Origin: an uncultured virus (IMG/VR IMGVR_UViG_3300044796_000596)
Lineage: Duplodnaviria; Heunggongvirae; Uroviricota; Caudoviricetes
Virus record (IMG/VR): IMGVR_UViG_3300044796_000596
Strand: one strand, 5' to 3'
DNA: 64,000 nt
Part shown: positions 46,416 through 55,930 of the stretch, piece after piece
Layout of the letters: each line of letters opens with the position of its first letter
How positions within the stretch are numbered: position 1 is the first letter of the stretch
Program-made: the position numbers and the translations under genes
The notes under the pieces: generated by a model
Databases searched by the model: none
What the model saw: only the letters and a program-made list of their open reading frames with translations
What the model was told of the DNA's origin: nothing

Positions 46416-47599
46416 GCAAGAATCGTCAGAAGAAGAGCGGGTCGCCCGCGAAGCGGCCCCCCATGTCACCACGTCCGGCGCCGCGCATGCCCATCGAAGA
46501 GATCGCCCGTGGAAATCTCTTCACGAAGCTCTACCGAGCGCAATGTCGCTGGAGCGCCGCGCGCCGAAGCGGGGACGTCGAGGCCGAGCGTCAGGCGGCG
46601 AAGGCGCTCCACCTGCTCTCGGATCAGTGCGAGGTCGTCTCGGGCAACATCCCCGATGGCGTCAGCGACGCAGCGTCTCTGAGCGATCAGGAGGTGCTGG
46701 AGCGGCTCCGATCGATGGATCGAGAGACGGTGGCCGCTGCTCTTCGTGCATGGCTCGGTGATGTGGAGGTGCCGGAGAACGCGTTCTCTGCGTTGTTCGA
46801 TCAGATGCCCCGAGGTACGCGGACGACGCTGCTCGCGTTCGCGGATCTCGGCGATGGCTTCGAGCCTGCGGAGACGGCGGCCTCTCGAGGCACGGATTCC
46901 GCGCGGCCGACGTACACGGAGGCGATGGCGGGGTTGCAGAACGCACGCGACGCTGCGCGTGCGATCCAAGAAGAACTCGACGTGCAGGAGGAGCTGCTCT
47001 CCCTCGGGACGCCGGGCCGGCTGACCGCGATCGGACAGGAGTCGCTCGTCGAAATCCTCGTCTGCCTCCGCCTCCAGATGAACGGGCACACGGGCGCGAC
47101 GGAGTCCTACGGCACCTTCCTCGCTGCGCTGAACGGCGGGCCGCTCGACCTGGGTCAGGGTCAGAGCCTCTATTCCATCCTGGAGGAGTGCGATCGGCTC
47201 CAGGATTTCGGCACGGTGCTCTGCGATTACGCGCGCTGGATGGCGGAGCAGTATCCGCCCCCGAACGCGGCCCACACGGTGAAGCGCCACGGCGCGATCC
47301 CCTGTCCTCCGCAGCCGGTAGGCCCGCAGCCGCCCGTCACGGTGTGGGCGCCGGACGAGGGGCCGTACGACGTCGGCTCGCAGGACCCGGCTCGGGTCAC
47401 GATCGCGTCCGATGCGCAGGGGCCGTACCGGATCGTGCACGGAGGCGGCGACAGCTACGCGGCCGACGGCGAGACGGTCGAGGTGCGGGGCCTCGTCCGG
47501 GTCGTGCGCGTCGCGGACGACGTCACCCACTGGACGGCGCACGGGGAGGTGGGTGGCGCGGGCGCGGAAGGCGCGGGCGCGGAAGGAGAGCCGTCTTGA
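46412..47599 (+). CDS. Hypothetical multi-domain protein
   Basis: 395-aa coupled ORF. Confidence 0.6.
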   Translation: MSKNRQKKSGSPAKRPPMSPRPAPRMPIEEIARGNLFTKLYRAQCRWSAARRSGDVEAERQAAKALHLLSDQCEVVSGNIPDGVSDAASLSDQEVLERLRSMDRETVAAALRAWLGDVEVPENAFSALFDQMPRGTRTTLLAFADLGDGFEPAETAASRGTDSARPTYTEAMAGLQNARDAARAIQEELDVQEELLSLGTPGRLTAIGQESLVEILVCLRLQMNGHTGATESYGTFLAALNGGPLDLGQGQSLYSILEECDRLQDFGTVLCDYARWMAEQYPPPNAAHTVKRHGAIPCPPQPVGPQPPVTVWAPDEGPYDVGSQDPARVTIASDAQGPYRIVHGGGDSYAADGETVEVRGLVRVVRVADDVTHWTAHGEVGGAGAEGAGAEGEPS

Positions 47600-48861
47600 C
47601 GACGACGCAAATGTCACCGGAGGCCAAGCAGGCTTCCGTCCTCCGTCTCCTGGCCGAAATCGGCGAGGATCCGGGGAACAAGGAGGTCTTTGCCCTCTGC
47701 GCGCGCGCGATCGAGCGGCTCGGCGTCGAGGCGTGCATGAGCCTCTGCGCCGAGGTCTGCGAGATCGAAGAGGCGGGCGGGCTCTGGCTCCTCGCGAGCC
47801 GCATCCGTCGCACGAAGGGCGGCGTGTTCATCCTCCTGCTCCGCGATCGGTACGGCTGGGCGAACCGCATCACGAAGCGGCCGAAGAGGCGGAAGACGGT
47901 GCCCTCGTGTCCCGAGGACGCAGCGGCCCGCGCGAAGCAGATCGAGGTCCATCGGCTCCAGAAGGCCGGGCTTCCGTGGAAGGCTGCGCAGGCGGAGCTT
48001 GTCGTCGCGCAGCGCGTTCTCGAGGCGGTCTGCGCGGCGCCAAGCCGACTCGTTCCGAAGGATTCCACGAAGGATCCCGCGAAGGATTCCGCGAAGGATC
48101 CCGCGAAGGGCCCGAAGGCCAAGGACGCAGCGCTCTCGTGGGAGGATCGCGTCGAGGCGGTCCATGCGAGTTTGATTCAGAAGGGAACGATCGACGTGAC
48201 GCCGACGACGAGACTGATGGGCCGGCCGCTGACCGTGGTGGACAAGGGCGACTACGTCGTCTTCTCGCTGGAGTTTTCGGGGCTCCCGTCGCTCCCGAAG
48301 GGCCTGCCGAAGCCGCCCATGTCGATCACGTACACGGTGTTCGTGGAGGAGAAGTCGTGGCGTGTCGCAGCGGCGGCACTCGCTGCGGATCCCTCTGATC
48401 AGGCGTTCGTCGAGGGCATCGCCTTCTGGGACGAGGAGCTCGAGACGCACGCGCTCCTCACGCAGACGGTCTCGACGCGGGAGACGAGGCGCAATGCGGA
48501 CAAGCCCGCGGACAAGCCCGCGGACTCGCGCAGCGCGGACTCGCGCAGCGCGGACTCGCGCAGCGCGGACTCGCGCAGCGCGGACTCGCGCAGCGCGGAC
48601 TCGCGCAGCGCGGACTCGCGCAGCGCGGACTCGCGCAGCGCGGACTCGCCGGGCGAGAAGAAGGCCGAGAGACAAGCACCGGCCACCGAGAAGCCGGTCC
48701 CCGCTCACGCGATCCACGCGCCCCCGGCGAAGGTCAAGTCCGCGCCGCAGCCTCCTCCTCCTCCTCCGCGGGTCGCGGAGCCTCCGCGCGTGCGCACCAT
48801 CCCGACGAAGTGGCGTCCCGTGGAGGTCGAGGTCATGCCGCCGCGTCGGAGGCCGTCGTGA
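47596..48861 (+). CDS. Protein with PHAX RNA-binding-like domain
   Basis: LGVEAC...EIEEAGGLW...RRTKGGVFILLLR; downstream LPKGLP domain; ADSRS repeat. Confidence 0.6.
   Translation: MTTTQMSPEAKQASVLRLLAEIGEDPGNKEVFALCARAIERLGVEACMSLCAEVCEIEEAGGLWLLASRIRRTKGGVFILLLRDRYGWANRITKRPKRRKTVPSCPEDAAARAKQIEVHRLQKAGLPWKAAQAELVVAQRVLEAVCAAPSRLVPKDSTKDPAKDSAKDPAKGPKAKDAALSWEDRVEAVHASLIQKGTIDVTPTTRLMGRPLTVVDKGDYVVFSLEFSGLPSLPKGLPKPPMSITYTVFVEEKSWRVAAAALAADPSDQAFVEGIAFWDEELETHALLTQTVSTRETRRNADKPADKPADSRSADSRSADSRSADSRSADSRSADSRSADSRSADSRSADSPGEKKAERQAPATEKPVPAHAIHAPPAKVKSAPQPPPPPPRVAEPPRVRTIPTKWRPVEVEVMPPRRRPS
48520..48649 (+). repeat. 8 x 15-nt tandem repeat GCGGACTCGCGCAGC plus a partial copy
   Basis: Direct reading; encodes (ADSRS)8. 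Confidence 0.95.
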
Positions 48862-49100
48862 AGGTGAACGTGAAGCTCGTTCGGTGGCTGCTGTTCGTGG
48901 CCACCGTGTGCATGTCGTTCGGCTGGATGTTCTGGTGCTGGCACGATCTGACGCACGGTGGCGATAGCGGAACCGGCTACGTGTTCTACCGCGAGCAGAC
49001 GCACGCCGATCACGCGGCGGCAATCTTGTTCGCGGCGGCGCGCGTTGTCGCGACATCGGCAGTCGGTGAGTTGGTCTGGCCGCTCTTCGCCAGGTGGTGA
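48858..49100 (+). CDS. Small membrane protein
   Basis: Two hydrophobic segments; GTGA coupling. Confidence 0.5.
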   Translation: MKVNVKLVRWLLFVATVCMSFGWMFWCWHDLTHGGDSGTGYVFYREQTHADHAAAILFAAARVVATSAVGELVWPLFARW

Positions 49101-49160
49101 CGCGGGGGTCGGTCATGGCAACGGTGCGAACGGTGCGAACGGTGCGAACGCGAGGACGAT

Positions 49161-49563
49161 CATGAGTGTCGAGGACGATCTTCCCCTCGCCGGCCCCACC
49201 GACGAACGAAACGGGGTCGGGCGCACGAACCACCTCTACCGGACGCCACGGCAGTCTCCCGGGCTCGACAAAGAGTACCGGACCAGCCTGCACTCGGCGA
49301 TGCCGGCGAAGGACGGCGCTCCGCGTGGTCTCAAGGATCTCCCGAACGCCGTCCGGCTCCCGACGAAGCCCCCCGGACGAGAGACGAAGGAAGACCGCTT
49401 GCGTGCCGTGCTCACGCGCCTGGCGCACGACTTCCCGGAGCACGTAGGGCCCGTTGCGCGGGGCACGGACGAACAAGGTCTCCAGCGCGTGCTCGCCGGG
49501 CTCGCGGAGGACGGGAAGAAGCCGGACGGGCTGCGCAAGCTCGCGCGCGAGGCTGCGTCGTGA
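49161..49563 (+). CDS. Hypothetical protein
   Basis: ATG with GAGGA RBS. Confidence 0.45.
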
Positions 49564-49590
49564 GGCCGTATCGCGAGAGCGCGCGCGAGC

Positions 49591-51565
49591 GCGTTCGCCG
49601 CCTACGAACGGACACGGAGGTTCTCATGATCACGAACGATTGTAGCGACGCGAAGACGGCAGATCCTTCAGAGCCTTCGGCTTGTCCCGCGGTCGATCTG
49701 GCCGAGCGCGGCGAGCAGCCCGAGCCAGCGGTCGGGCAGCTCTGGACGTGGGGAGGTTGGGCTCCGCGGCGTCTGGAGACCCTGGAGGGCCGTACGTGGG
49801 GCCCGGAAGCGATGTTCGCGGAGTCTACGATCGACGTGAGCACGCTGAGAGCGCGCGGGACATGCGTGGGCGTCGACACGCCGAACGGCCGGGTGATGAT
49901 CGGCGAGAAGCGCGAGCGCCATGATTATGTCGTGACGATCACGAGCGTCCTCGACGTGCGGGTGCGCTACCGGATCGACGATGCGCCCGAGAGCACCTTG
50001 GAGGGCTGCATCATGGATGCCGACCTCGTTGCGACGTGGCCGCTCGTGACCGAGGACCTGACGACCGTGAAGCCCGTGGCCGCCGTCGATCACATCTGGC
50101 GTCACGATCAGTGGAAGCCCAACGTCGTGGGTCGCGTGGTGCACGTGCGCGAGCGTGACGGCCTCGTCACGTTCGACGACGGTGCGTGCAGCTACCGCCA
50201 CCACCTGATGTCGAACGCCCGATGGTCTTGCGTCGGCGTCGAGACGCCGGGCGGCCGCGTGATGGTCGGCGAGAAGCGGAGCTCGCTCGACCGCCAACCG
50301 GAATTCTACGGCCGCACCGTGACGATCGAGAGGGTCGCGAAAATGGATTGGGGAGCGATCGTCTTCTCGGACGACAAGGGGGCCTCGTACGTAGCGGAAC
50401 CAGGCGTCGTCGCATCCTGGCCGCTCGTGAGCGTCGCCGATCTGGCCGAGCCACGGGCGGCCACCGACGCGGCCACCCGAGCGGCCACCCGAGCGGCCAC
50501 CTCGGCTGCGCGCGACGCCGCCTCGGGACAAGGTGAGCCGCCGACACCCGAAGCGATCCCCACCCGGCCCTCCGAATCCTCTGCTCCCACGCCAGCGCAT
50601 CTCGCGAAGCTGCGCGAAACGCTGATGTGGGTCACGAAGCATCCCGAGGGGCGGGAATTTCTCCGCGACATGCTCGTCGTGCTCAAGCGGCACCTCCGCA
50701 ACCGCAAGGACAAGCCGGATCCCACGCCCGGGACTCGTGGCCAGCCGGACCCGGCCCTCCACCAGGTGTGGCGCCTGGAGGACAAGGGTTCGTTCGTCAT
50801 CAACAAGATCACGACGTACGCCACCGTCGATGGCAGCGCCGGCTGGATGGACGTGGACCTCGGATGGCTCCGCGAGCACGGCGAGTGCGTCGGGATCGAC
50901 ACCCCCAACGGCCGCGTGCTGGTTGGCCAGAGCCGACGCGCGCCCTCGAACTGGCCCGGCAACCAACGCGCGACCCCGTACCGCGTGGTCGCGGTGTGCG
51001 CCCATGCCGCCGTGTTCCTCCAGTCGACCGAGGGGCCCGACTGGACGGCGGATGCGGCCATGGTCGCGACGTGGCCGCTCCTCGACTGCGCTTTGGATCC
51101 GGCGTCCACCGCGCACGCGAAGGACTCTCCGTCGCAGGCGGATCCGCCGTCCGAGGCGATCGTTCGCGAGCACGTTCGCGAGCACGTTCGCGAGCGCGAC
51201 CGGCGCGCGATTGACGCGGTGCTCGCCAAGGACGCGCACGAGCATCCCGTGTTCGCGGTGGCGCGCCGCGCGGCCGTGCTGGCGCTGATCGACGAGAGGA
51301 CGGGCACGCTCCCGGAGCGGGACAGGGGGCTTTTGAACACGCTGCTCGCGAGCCTGCACATCTACGAAGACAGGCGCGGCGGCATGAGCGGTCCGAGCGC
51401 GGAGGGCATCGCCTTCGCGAGGAAGACCCCGCTGTGGGAGCGCGCGTTCGCCGCCTACGAACGAGCCCGGAGGTTCTCATGATCACGAACGATTCTCGCG
51501 ACGCGAAGACGGCAGAGCCTTCGGCTTGTCCCGCGGTCGAGCTGGCCGAGCGCGGCGAGCAGCCC
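49591..51565 (+). repeat. Imperfect direct repeats (49591-49721 and 51444-51565) bracketing one gene
   Basis: Near-identical sequence covering a gene end, RBS and the first ~30 codons; differ by a 9-nt duplication and a few substitutions. Confidence 0.9.
49626..51482 (+). CDS. Hypothetical protein with three copies of a CVG(V/I)(D/E)TPxGRVxxG...VAxWPL domain
   Basis: GGAGG RBS; three internal repeats. Confidence 0.7.
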   Translation: MITNDCSDAKTADPSEPSACPAVDLAERGEQPEPAVGQLWTWGGWAPRRLETLEGRTWGPEAMFAESTIDVSTLRARGTCVGVDTPNGRVMIGEKRERHDYVVTITSVLDVRVRYRIDDAPESTLEGCIMDADLVATWPLVTEDLTTVKPVAAVDHIWRHDQWKPNVVGRVVHVRERDGLVTFDDGACSYRHHLMSNARWSCVGVETPGGRVMVGEKRSSLDRQPEFYGRTVTIERVAKMDWGAIVFSDDKGASYVAEPGVVASWPLVSVADLAEPRAATDAATRAATRAATSAARDAASGQGEPPTPEAIPTRPSESSAPTPAHLAKLRETLMWVTKHPEGREFLRDMLVVLKRHLRNRKDKPDPTPGTRGQPDPALHQVWRLEDKGSFVINKITTYATVDGSAGWMDVDLGWLREHGECVGIDTPNGRVLVGQSRRAPSNWPGNQRATPYRVVAVCAHAAVFLQSTEGPDWTADAAMVATWPLLDCALDPASTAHAKDSPSQADPPSEAIVREHVREHVRERDRRAIDAVLAKDAHEHPVFAVARRAAVLALIDERTGTLPERDRGLLNTLLASLHIYEDRRGGMSGPSAEGIAFARKTPLWERAFAAYERARRFS

Positions 51566-51955
51566 ATGCTCATGGGTATTGAGCGGGAGGTCGCCGATGT
51601 TCGGCTCGATGCCGGGGACCGCCTGATCATTCAGCCGGAGAGGTACGGGGCCTGGAAGATCGAGTCGATCGTCCGGGCACCGACGGTCGTTTCCTTCACT
51701 TCAGTCGTGTCGCGCGACGGCGTACGCGTCATCACGCTCCCCGAAGCCGGCGCCTACGCAGCCGCGCACGGACAGAGCGATCGTCTACGGATCGTGAGCG
51801 GCGGCGGCCCGACCATGGAGAGGCAGGCCATCCTGCGCGACTGCAACGGGGAGACCCTCGCCACGCTTGCGGCGGGCGCGGCGGTGGACATCTGGGTGGT
51901 CGAAGTCGACGGCTCGTTCGTCTGGATGATCGGGGATCGGGAGGTCCGCGCGTGA
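51479..51955 (+). CDS. Hypothetical protein (N-terminus shared with the preceding gene)
   Basis: MITNDSRDAKTAEPSACPAVELAERGEQP. Confidence 0.6.
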   Translation: MITNDSRDAKTAEPSACPAVELAERGEQPMLMGIEREVADVRLDAGDRLIIQPERYGAWKIESIVRAPTVVSFTSVVSRDGVRVITLPEAGAYAAAHGQSDRLRIVSGGGPTMERQAILRDCNGETLATLAAGAAVDIWVVEVDGSFVWMIGDREVRA

Positions 51956-52395
51956 GCAGCACCTTCGCCATCCTCAAGCCGGACGCGATGCGGAAGAAGC
52001 TCGCGGGCGTCGTGATCTCCCGGATCGAGGCCGAGGACTTCACGATCGGCGACATGCAGATCGTCCGCGTGTCCACGGGCTTCGTGCACGAACTCTACGC
52101 CGAGCACCGGGACAAGCCTTTCTTCGAGGGGCTCTGCGCGTTCATGCGCTCGGAGCCCGTCATCCTGATGGAGCTTCAGCGGGACGATGCCGTGGCGCAC
52201 TGGCGGAGGGTGCTCGGCGCGACCGATTCGCGGGTGGCACGGGCCGCGAACGCCGTGTTCGGCGCGCTCGCGTCTCCCTCGCTCCGCGGCCAGTACGGCA
52301 ACCAGGACGGCGTGATCTGGGAGAACGTCGCGCACGGAAGTGCGACCGACGAGGACGCGAAGCGTGAGCTTACGATCTGGAAGACGGCCCGCTAA
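51952..52395 (+). CDS. ndk: Nucleoside diphosphate kinase
   Basis: TFAILKPDA, LYAEHRDKPFF..L..FM.S.P, WRRVLGAT, ENVAHGS with catalytic His. Confidence 0.93.
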   Translation: MSSTFAILKPDAMRKKLAGVVISRIEAEDFTIGDMQIVRVSTGFVHELYAEHRDKPFFEGLCAFMRSEPVILMELQRDDAVAHWRRVLGATDSRVARAANAVFGALASPSLRGQYGNQDGVIWENVAHGSATDEDAKRELTIWKTAR

Positions 52396-52465
52396 ACGAA
52401 TCCCAGAAGATCCACGGAAGATCCACGGAAGATCCACGGAAGATCCACGGAAGGAACGTCTGATC

Positions 52466-52831
52466 ATGTCCACGTCTCAGGAGATGCGCGCCGAAGTTGC
52501 CGGGATCCGCGCGAACGCCGCGAAGGACAAGGACAAGGGGCGAGCGGCAAGCTGGCTCAGCTTCGCGGTGAAGCTCGAGGCGTGGGCGGTGGCCGTTGCG
52601 CGGGAGGAGCGTAGCGTCCCGCGTGAAGCGCGCCTCGTGCAGTACCGGGCTCGCGCGATCGGCGTCGCAGCGACGATGGTGGCCGACGTCTCCATGAACG
52701 ATCGCATCCGCAACATCGGCAAGATCGCGGATGAGATCGCGCAGGCGACGCTCGCCGCCGAGACGCCGCCCCCAGCGCCTGTCGACCGTGTCGAGACGCC
52801 GGCCGCCGCGCCAGACGGAGCACGATCGTGA
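52466..52831 (+). CDS. Hypothetical protein
   Basis: ATG after AAGGAA. Confidence 0.5.
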   Translation: MSTSQEMRAEVAGIRANAAKDKDKGRAASWLSFAVKLEAWAVAVAREERSVPREARLVQYRARAIGVAATMVADVSMNDRIRNIGKIADEIAQATLAAETPPPAPVDRVETPAAAPDGARS

Positions 52832-53397
52832 CGACGACGACCCTTCAGCCCGAAGACTTCTGCGAGATGCGCGGCTCCGACGGGCGCTGCGGGAAGGCGC
52901 ACACGCGCGCGATCACCGTCGGCGCGACGAAGGTGCATCTCTGCGAGACGTGCTCGCCGGCCGCGATTGCCAAGCGGGCGTTTCAGAGCCGCGCGCCCGA
53001 CGTTGAGGAGCCGCTCGTCGCGGACCCGGAAGCGCCGTGGACGGTCGACGAGGGCGACCGCGCGTGGAGCGCCCACTTCATGCGCGTGCCGGACGTGCGC
53101 GCCAGCGTTTATTGGTACGCACCGAAGCAAGCGGCGCTCTGGTCCGTCTCGGTCGGGATGCCAGGCGTTCGCGTGTTCGAGGTCCGTGGAGACAACGCGG
53201 ATCCAGAGGTCGCGAAGAGCGAGGCCGCTGCGGTCGCGCACGTGATCCTGCGCGACATCGCCGAGCGGGCCATGGCCGCGCTGCCCCAGCGCGTGGCGGC
53301 CAAGTTCGAGCCCAAGTGCGAGCACGAGCGCTACCTCAGGGTGTGGTGCACGGCCGGATGTCCTGGCACCGCGTCCCACGGGAGGCCGTCGACGTGA
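52828..53397 (+). CDS. Hypothetical protein
   Basis: Coupled ORF with Cys motifs. Confidence 0.55.
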   Translation: MTTTTLQPEDFCEMRGSDGRCGKAHTRAITVGATKVHLCETCSPAAIAKRAFQSRAPDVEEPLVADPEAPWTVDEGDRAWSAHFMRVPDVRASVYWYAPKQAALWSVSVGMPGVRVFEVRGDNADPEVAKSEAAAVAHVILRDIAERAMAALPQRVAAKFEPKCEHERYLRVWCTAGCPGTASHGRPST

Positions 53398-53957
53398 ACC
53401 CGATCCTCCCCGAGCTCGGTCTCGTCACGGTGGGCACGGAGGCCGCGTGGGCGGTCGTGTCTCCCGACGACCGCTACCGCTACCTGCTCGGGAGGTGCTG
53501 GGACAGCGTGCTCGGCGCCCCCTCGACGCGCCCCGTCTGGCTCTTCGGCATGGTGAACCCGAGCGACGCGCGCGAGGAGGACGATCCGACCGTGCGCAAG
53601 TGCATCGGCTTCGCGAAGCGCGGCGGCGCAGGCGGGCTCCTGGTCGTCAACCTGCTCGGCGTCTCGTCCCCGTACCCGAAGGACGTCGTCGAGGCCGTGA
53701 AGCGCGGCGAGGACGTCGTCGGGAAGCACAACGAGGCCGCCATCGCGTGGGCGCTCGCGCAGGCGTCCGTGGGCCGCCGCGTGGCCGCGTGGGGCCGGAT
53801 TCTGCCGAAGCTCGTCCCGCACGCGCAGGCCGGGATCCGCGCCTTCTTGGCAGAGCATCGGCACCCAGCGGAGTGCTTCGGCCTGAACGACGACAGGACC
53901 CCGCACCATCCGCTCATGCTCGGCTACGACACGCCGATCGTGGCCTTTGTGTCGTGA
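53394..53957 (+). CDS. DUF1643 family protein
   Basis: RYRYLLGRCW, MVNPSDA...DDPTVRKCIGFA, VVNL, AAWG, PHHPLML. Confidence 0.88.
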   Translation: MNPILPELGLVTVGTEAAWAVVSPDDRYRYLLGRCWDSVLGAPSTRPVWLFGMVNPSDAREEDDPTVRKCIGFAKRGGAGGLLVVNLLGVSSPYPKDVVEAVKRGEDVVGKHNEAAIAWALAQASVGRRVAAWGRILPKLVPHAQAGIRAFLAEHRHPAECFGLNDDRTPHHPLMLGYDTPIVAFVS

Positions 53958-54250
53958 ACCCCTACCGAGCCGCCACGGAGAGGGTGGAGAAGGAGATGTC
54001 GATGAGCTTCAAGATCATGCTGGTTGCGCTGGCTGCGTTCGCGGTGCTCTGCGCGACGATCGCCTACTGCGTCCACGACAGCTATGCGCACCCACCCCCG
54101 CCTCACGAGCGCAACATGACGGACGTCGAGCGCTGCGGCATGGCGTGCAAGGGGGGAGGCCGCGCGATGGAATCGTGGTCGCGCGCCGCGGGTGAGCAGG
54201 CGCCATTCGCGTGCACCTGCGCGAAGGCGAGCCCAACGAAGGAGCCGTGA
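53954..54250 (+). CDS. Small membrane-anchored Cys-rich protein
   Basis: TM segment then C...C...CTC. Confidence 0.5.
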   Translation: MNPYRAATERVEKEMSMSFKIMLVALAAFAVLCATIAYCVHDSYAHPPPPHERNMTDVERCGMACKGGGRAMESWSRAAGEQAPFACTCAKASPTKEP

Positions 54251-54260
54251 GCCGCCCCCC

Positions 54261-55028
54261 ATGAACAAGATCCTCGAGACGTTCAAGAAGCCGAAGGTGT
54301 TCCTTCCCGTCGTCCACTGCATCGATCGGAAGCAGGCGGACCAGAGCGTCGCCGTGGCGATCGATCACGGCGCGGATGGCGTGTTCCTGATCAACCAGGG
54401 CGGCCTCCCCGTCGCGGACGTGCTCCAGATCGCCGTGTCGTGCGCGCGCGCTGGGCTCCGCGTCGGCGTGAACGTCCTCGGCATTTGCGCCGAGTCGGCG
54501 GTCGAGGTCGTCGCGCCGGCAGCTACACTGGTCACGCTCGCGCTATGGGCCGACGAGGCCGGCATCAAGCTGAACGACCCCGGCATTCTCGTAGAGCGCG
54601 CGCTCCACGACCCCCTGGGCCTGATGATTCTCACCGCGACCGATCTGGCCGAGGGCGCCTTCGCCGCCGCGCGAGCGCAGCACGGGTGGTCCGGCCTCTA
54701 CTTCGGCGGCGTGGCCTTCAAGTACCCCACGGCGGTGCCAGACCATCTCCTCGGTGTCGCTGCGTCCCGAGCGAAGACGTGGGTCGACGTCATCACGACG
54801 TCGGGGCCGGCAACGGGCTCGCCGCCGTCCGTCGAAAAGGTGAAGCTGATGCGCGATGGGATCGGCGACCACGCGCTTGCCATCGCGAGCGGCATCACGC
54901 CCGACAACGTCTCCGCGTTCCTGCCGTACGTGGAAGCCTTCCTCGTCGCGACGGGGATCGAGTCGAGCTTCGGCGTCTTCGATCCGGCGCGTGTTCGAGC
55001 GCTCGCGGACGCGATCCATGGATCCTGA
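54261..55028 (+). CDS. BtpA/SgcQ-like TIM-barrel protein
   Basis: LPVVH, GADGVFLINQG, YFGGVAFKY, TTSGPATG, LAIASGITPDNV, FLVATGI. Confidence 0.75.
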   Translation: MNKILETFKKPKVFLPVVHCIDRKQADQSVAVAIDHGADGVFLINQGGLPVADVLQIAVSCARAGLRVGVNVLGICAESAVEVVAPAATLVTLALWADEAGIKLNDPGILVERALHDPLGLMILTATDLAEGAFAAARAQHGWSGLYFGGVAFKYPTAVPDHLLGVAASRAKTWVDVITTSGPATGSPPSVEKVKLMRDGIGDHALAIASGITPDNVSAFLPYVEAFLVATGIESSFGVFDPARVRALADAIHGS

Positions 55029-55770
55029 ACGGCAAGGGCGTCTTCTCCCGTTCTTCACGTACTACGGCGGGAAGTACCGGGCGGCGCCGCACTATCCGAA
55101 GCCCCGCCACCGCTCCATCGTGGAGCCCTTCGCGGGCTCCGCCGGCTACAGCCTCCGCTACCACGAGCACAACGTGATCCTCGTCGAGCGAGATCCGCTC
55201 CTCGCCGCGCTCTGGCGGTACCTCGTCCGCGCAACGCCACGTGACTTTGCGCGGCTCCCCGATGTCGGACCTTGGGAGTCCGTGGACGACCTCAAGATTC
55301 CCGAGGAGGCCCGCTGGCTCATCGGTTTCTGGCTGAACAAGGGCGCCGCGGGACCGCGGAAGACGCCCTCCGCGTGGATGCGGAGCAACCTCCGCCCGAA
55401 CAGCTACTGGGGCCCCGCGATCCGTCACAGGCTCGTCGCCCAAGCCGGCGCGATCAAGCACTGGATCATCGTCGAAGGCGAGTACACCGCCGCCGCGAGC
55501 ACGCTCAGGGCCGAGGGACACAGGCGCGCGACGTGGTTTGTCGACCCGCCCTACGAAGGCGCAGCCGGCAGGCTGTACCGCCACGATGTGATCGACTACG
55601 ACGCTCTCGGGCGCTGGTGTCGCTCGCGTCCAGGGCAGATGATCGTTTGCGAGAACGAGGGCGCCACGTGGCTCCCCTTTCGCCCGTTCCGGTCGATCAA
55701 GTCGACGCCCGGCGCGCGCGGCAAGGGACACAGCCGCGAGGTGATCTGGACGAAAGGAGAGGAGACGTGA
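55018..55770 (+). CDS. Dam-like DNA adenine methyltransferase
   Basis: FTYYGGKY, VEPFAGSA, FVDPPY. Confidence 0.88.
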   Translation: MDPERQGRLLPFFTYYGGKYRAAPHYPKPRHRSIVEPFAGSAGYSLRYHEHNVILVERDPLLAALWRYLVRATPRDFARLPDVGPWESVDDLKIPEEARWLIGFWLNKGAAGPRKTPSAWMRSNLRPNSYWGPAIRHRLVAQAGAIKHWIIVEGEYTAAASTLRAEGHRRATWFVDPPYEGAAGRLYRHDVIDYDALGRWCRSRPGQMIVCENEGATWLPFRPFRSIKSTPGARGKGHSREVIWTKGEET

Positions 55771-55930
55771 TCAAGCTCAAGCAGACGAAGCGTCCGACGT
55801 GCGGAGTCGGCGTCACTCCGGTGTACGGGTGCTCGTGCGGCCTCTGCACGCGCCTTCGCGAGCGACGTGGCGAGCGCGTGTGCGGTGGGCGAGGCGACGG
55901 CCGATGCGCGCCGGGCCCGAAGGCGCGAAC

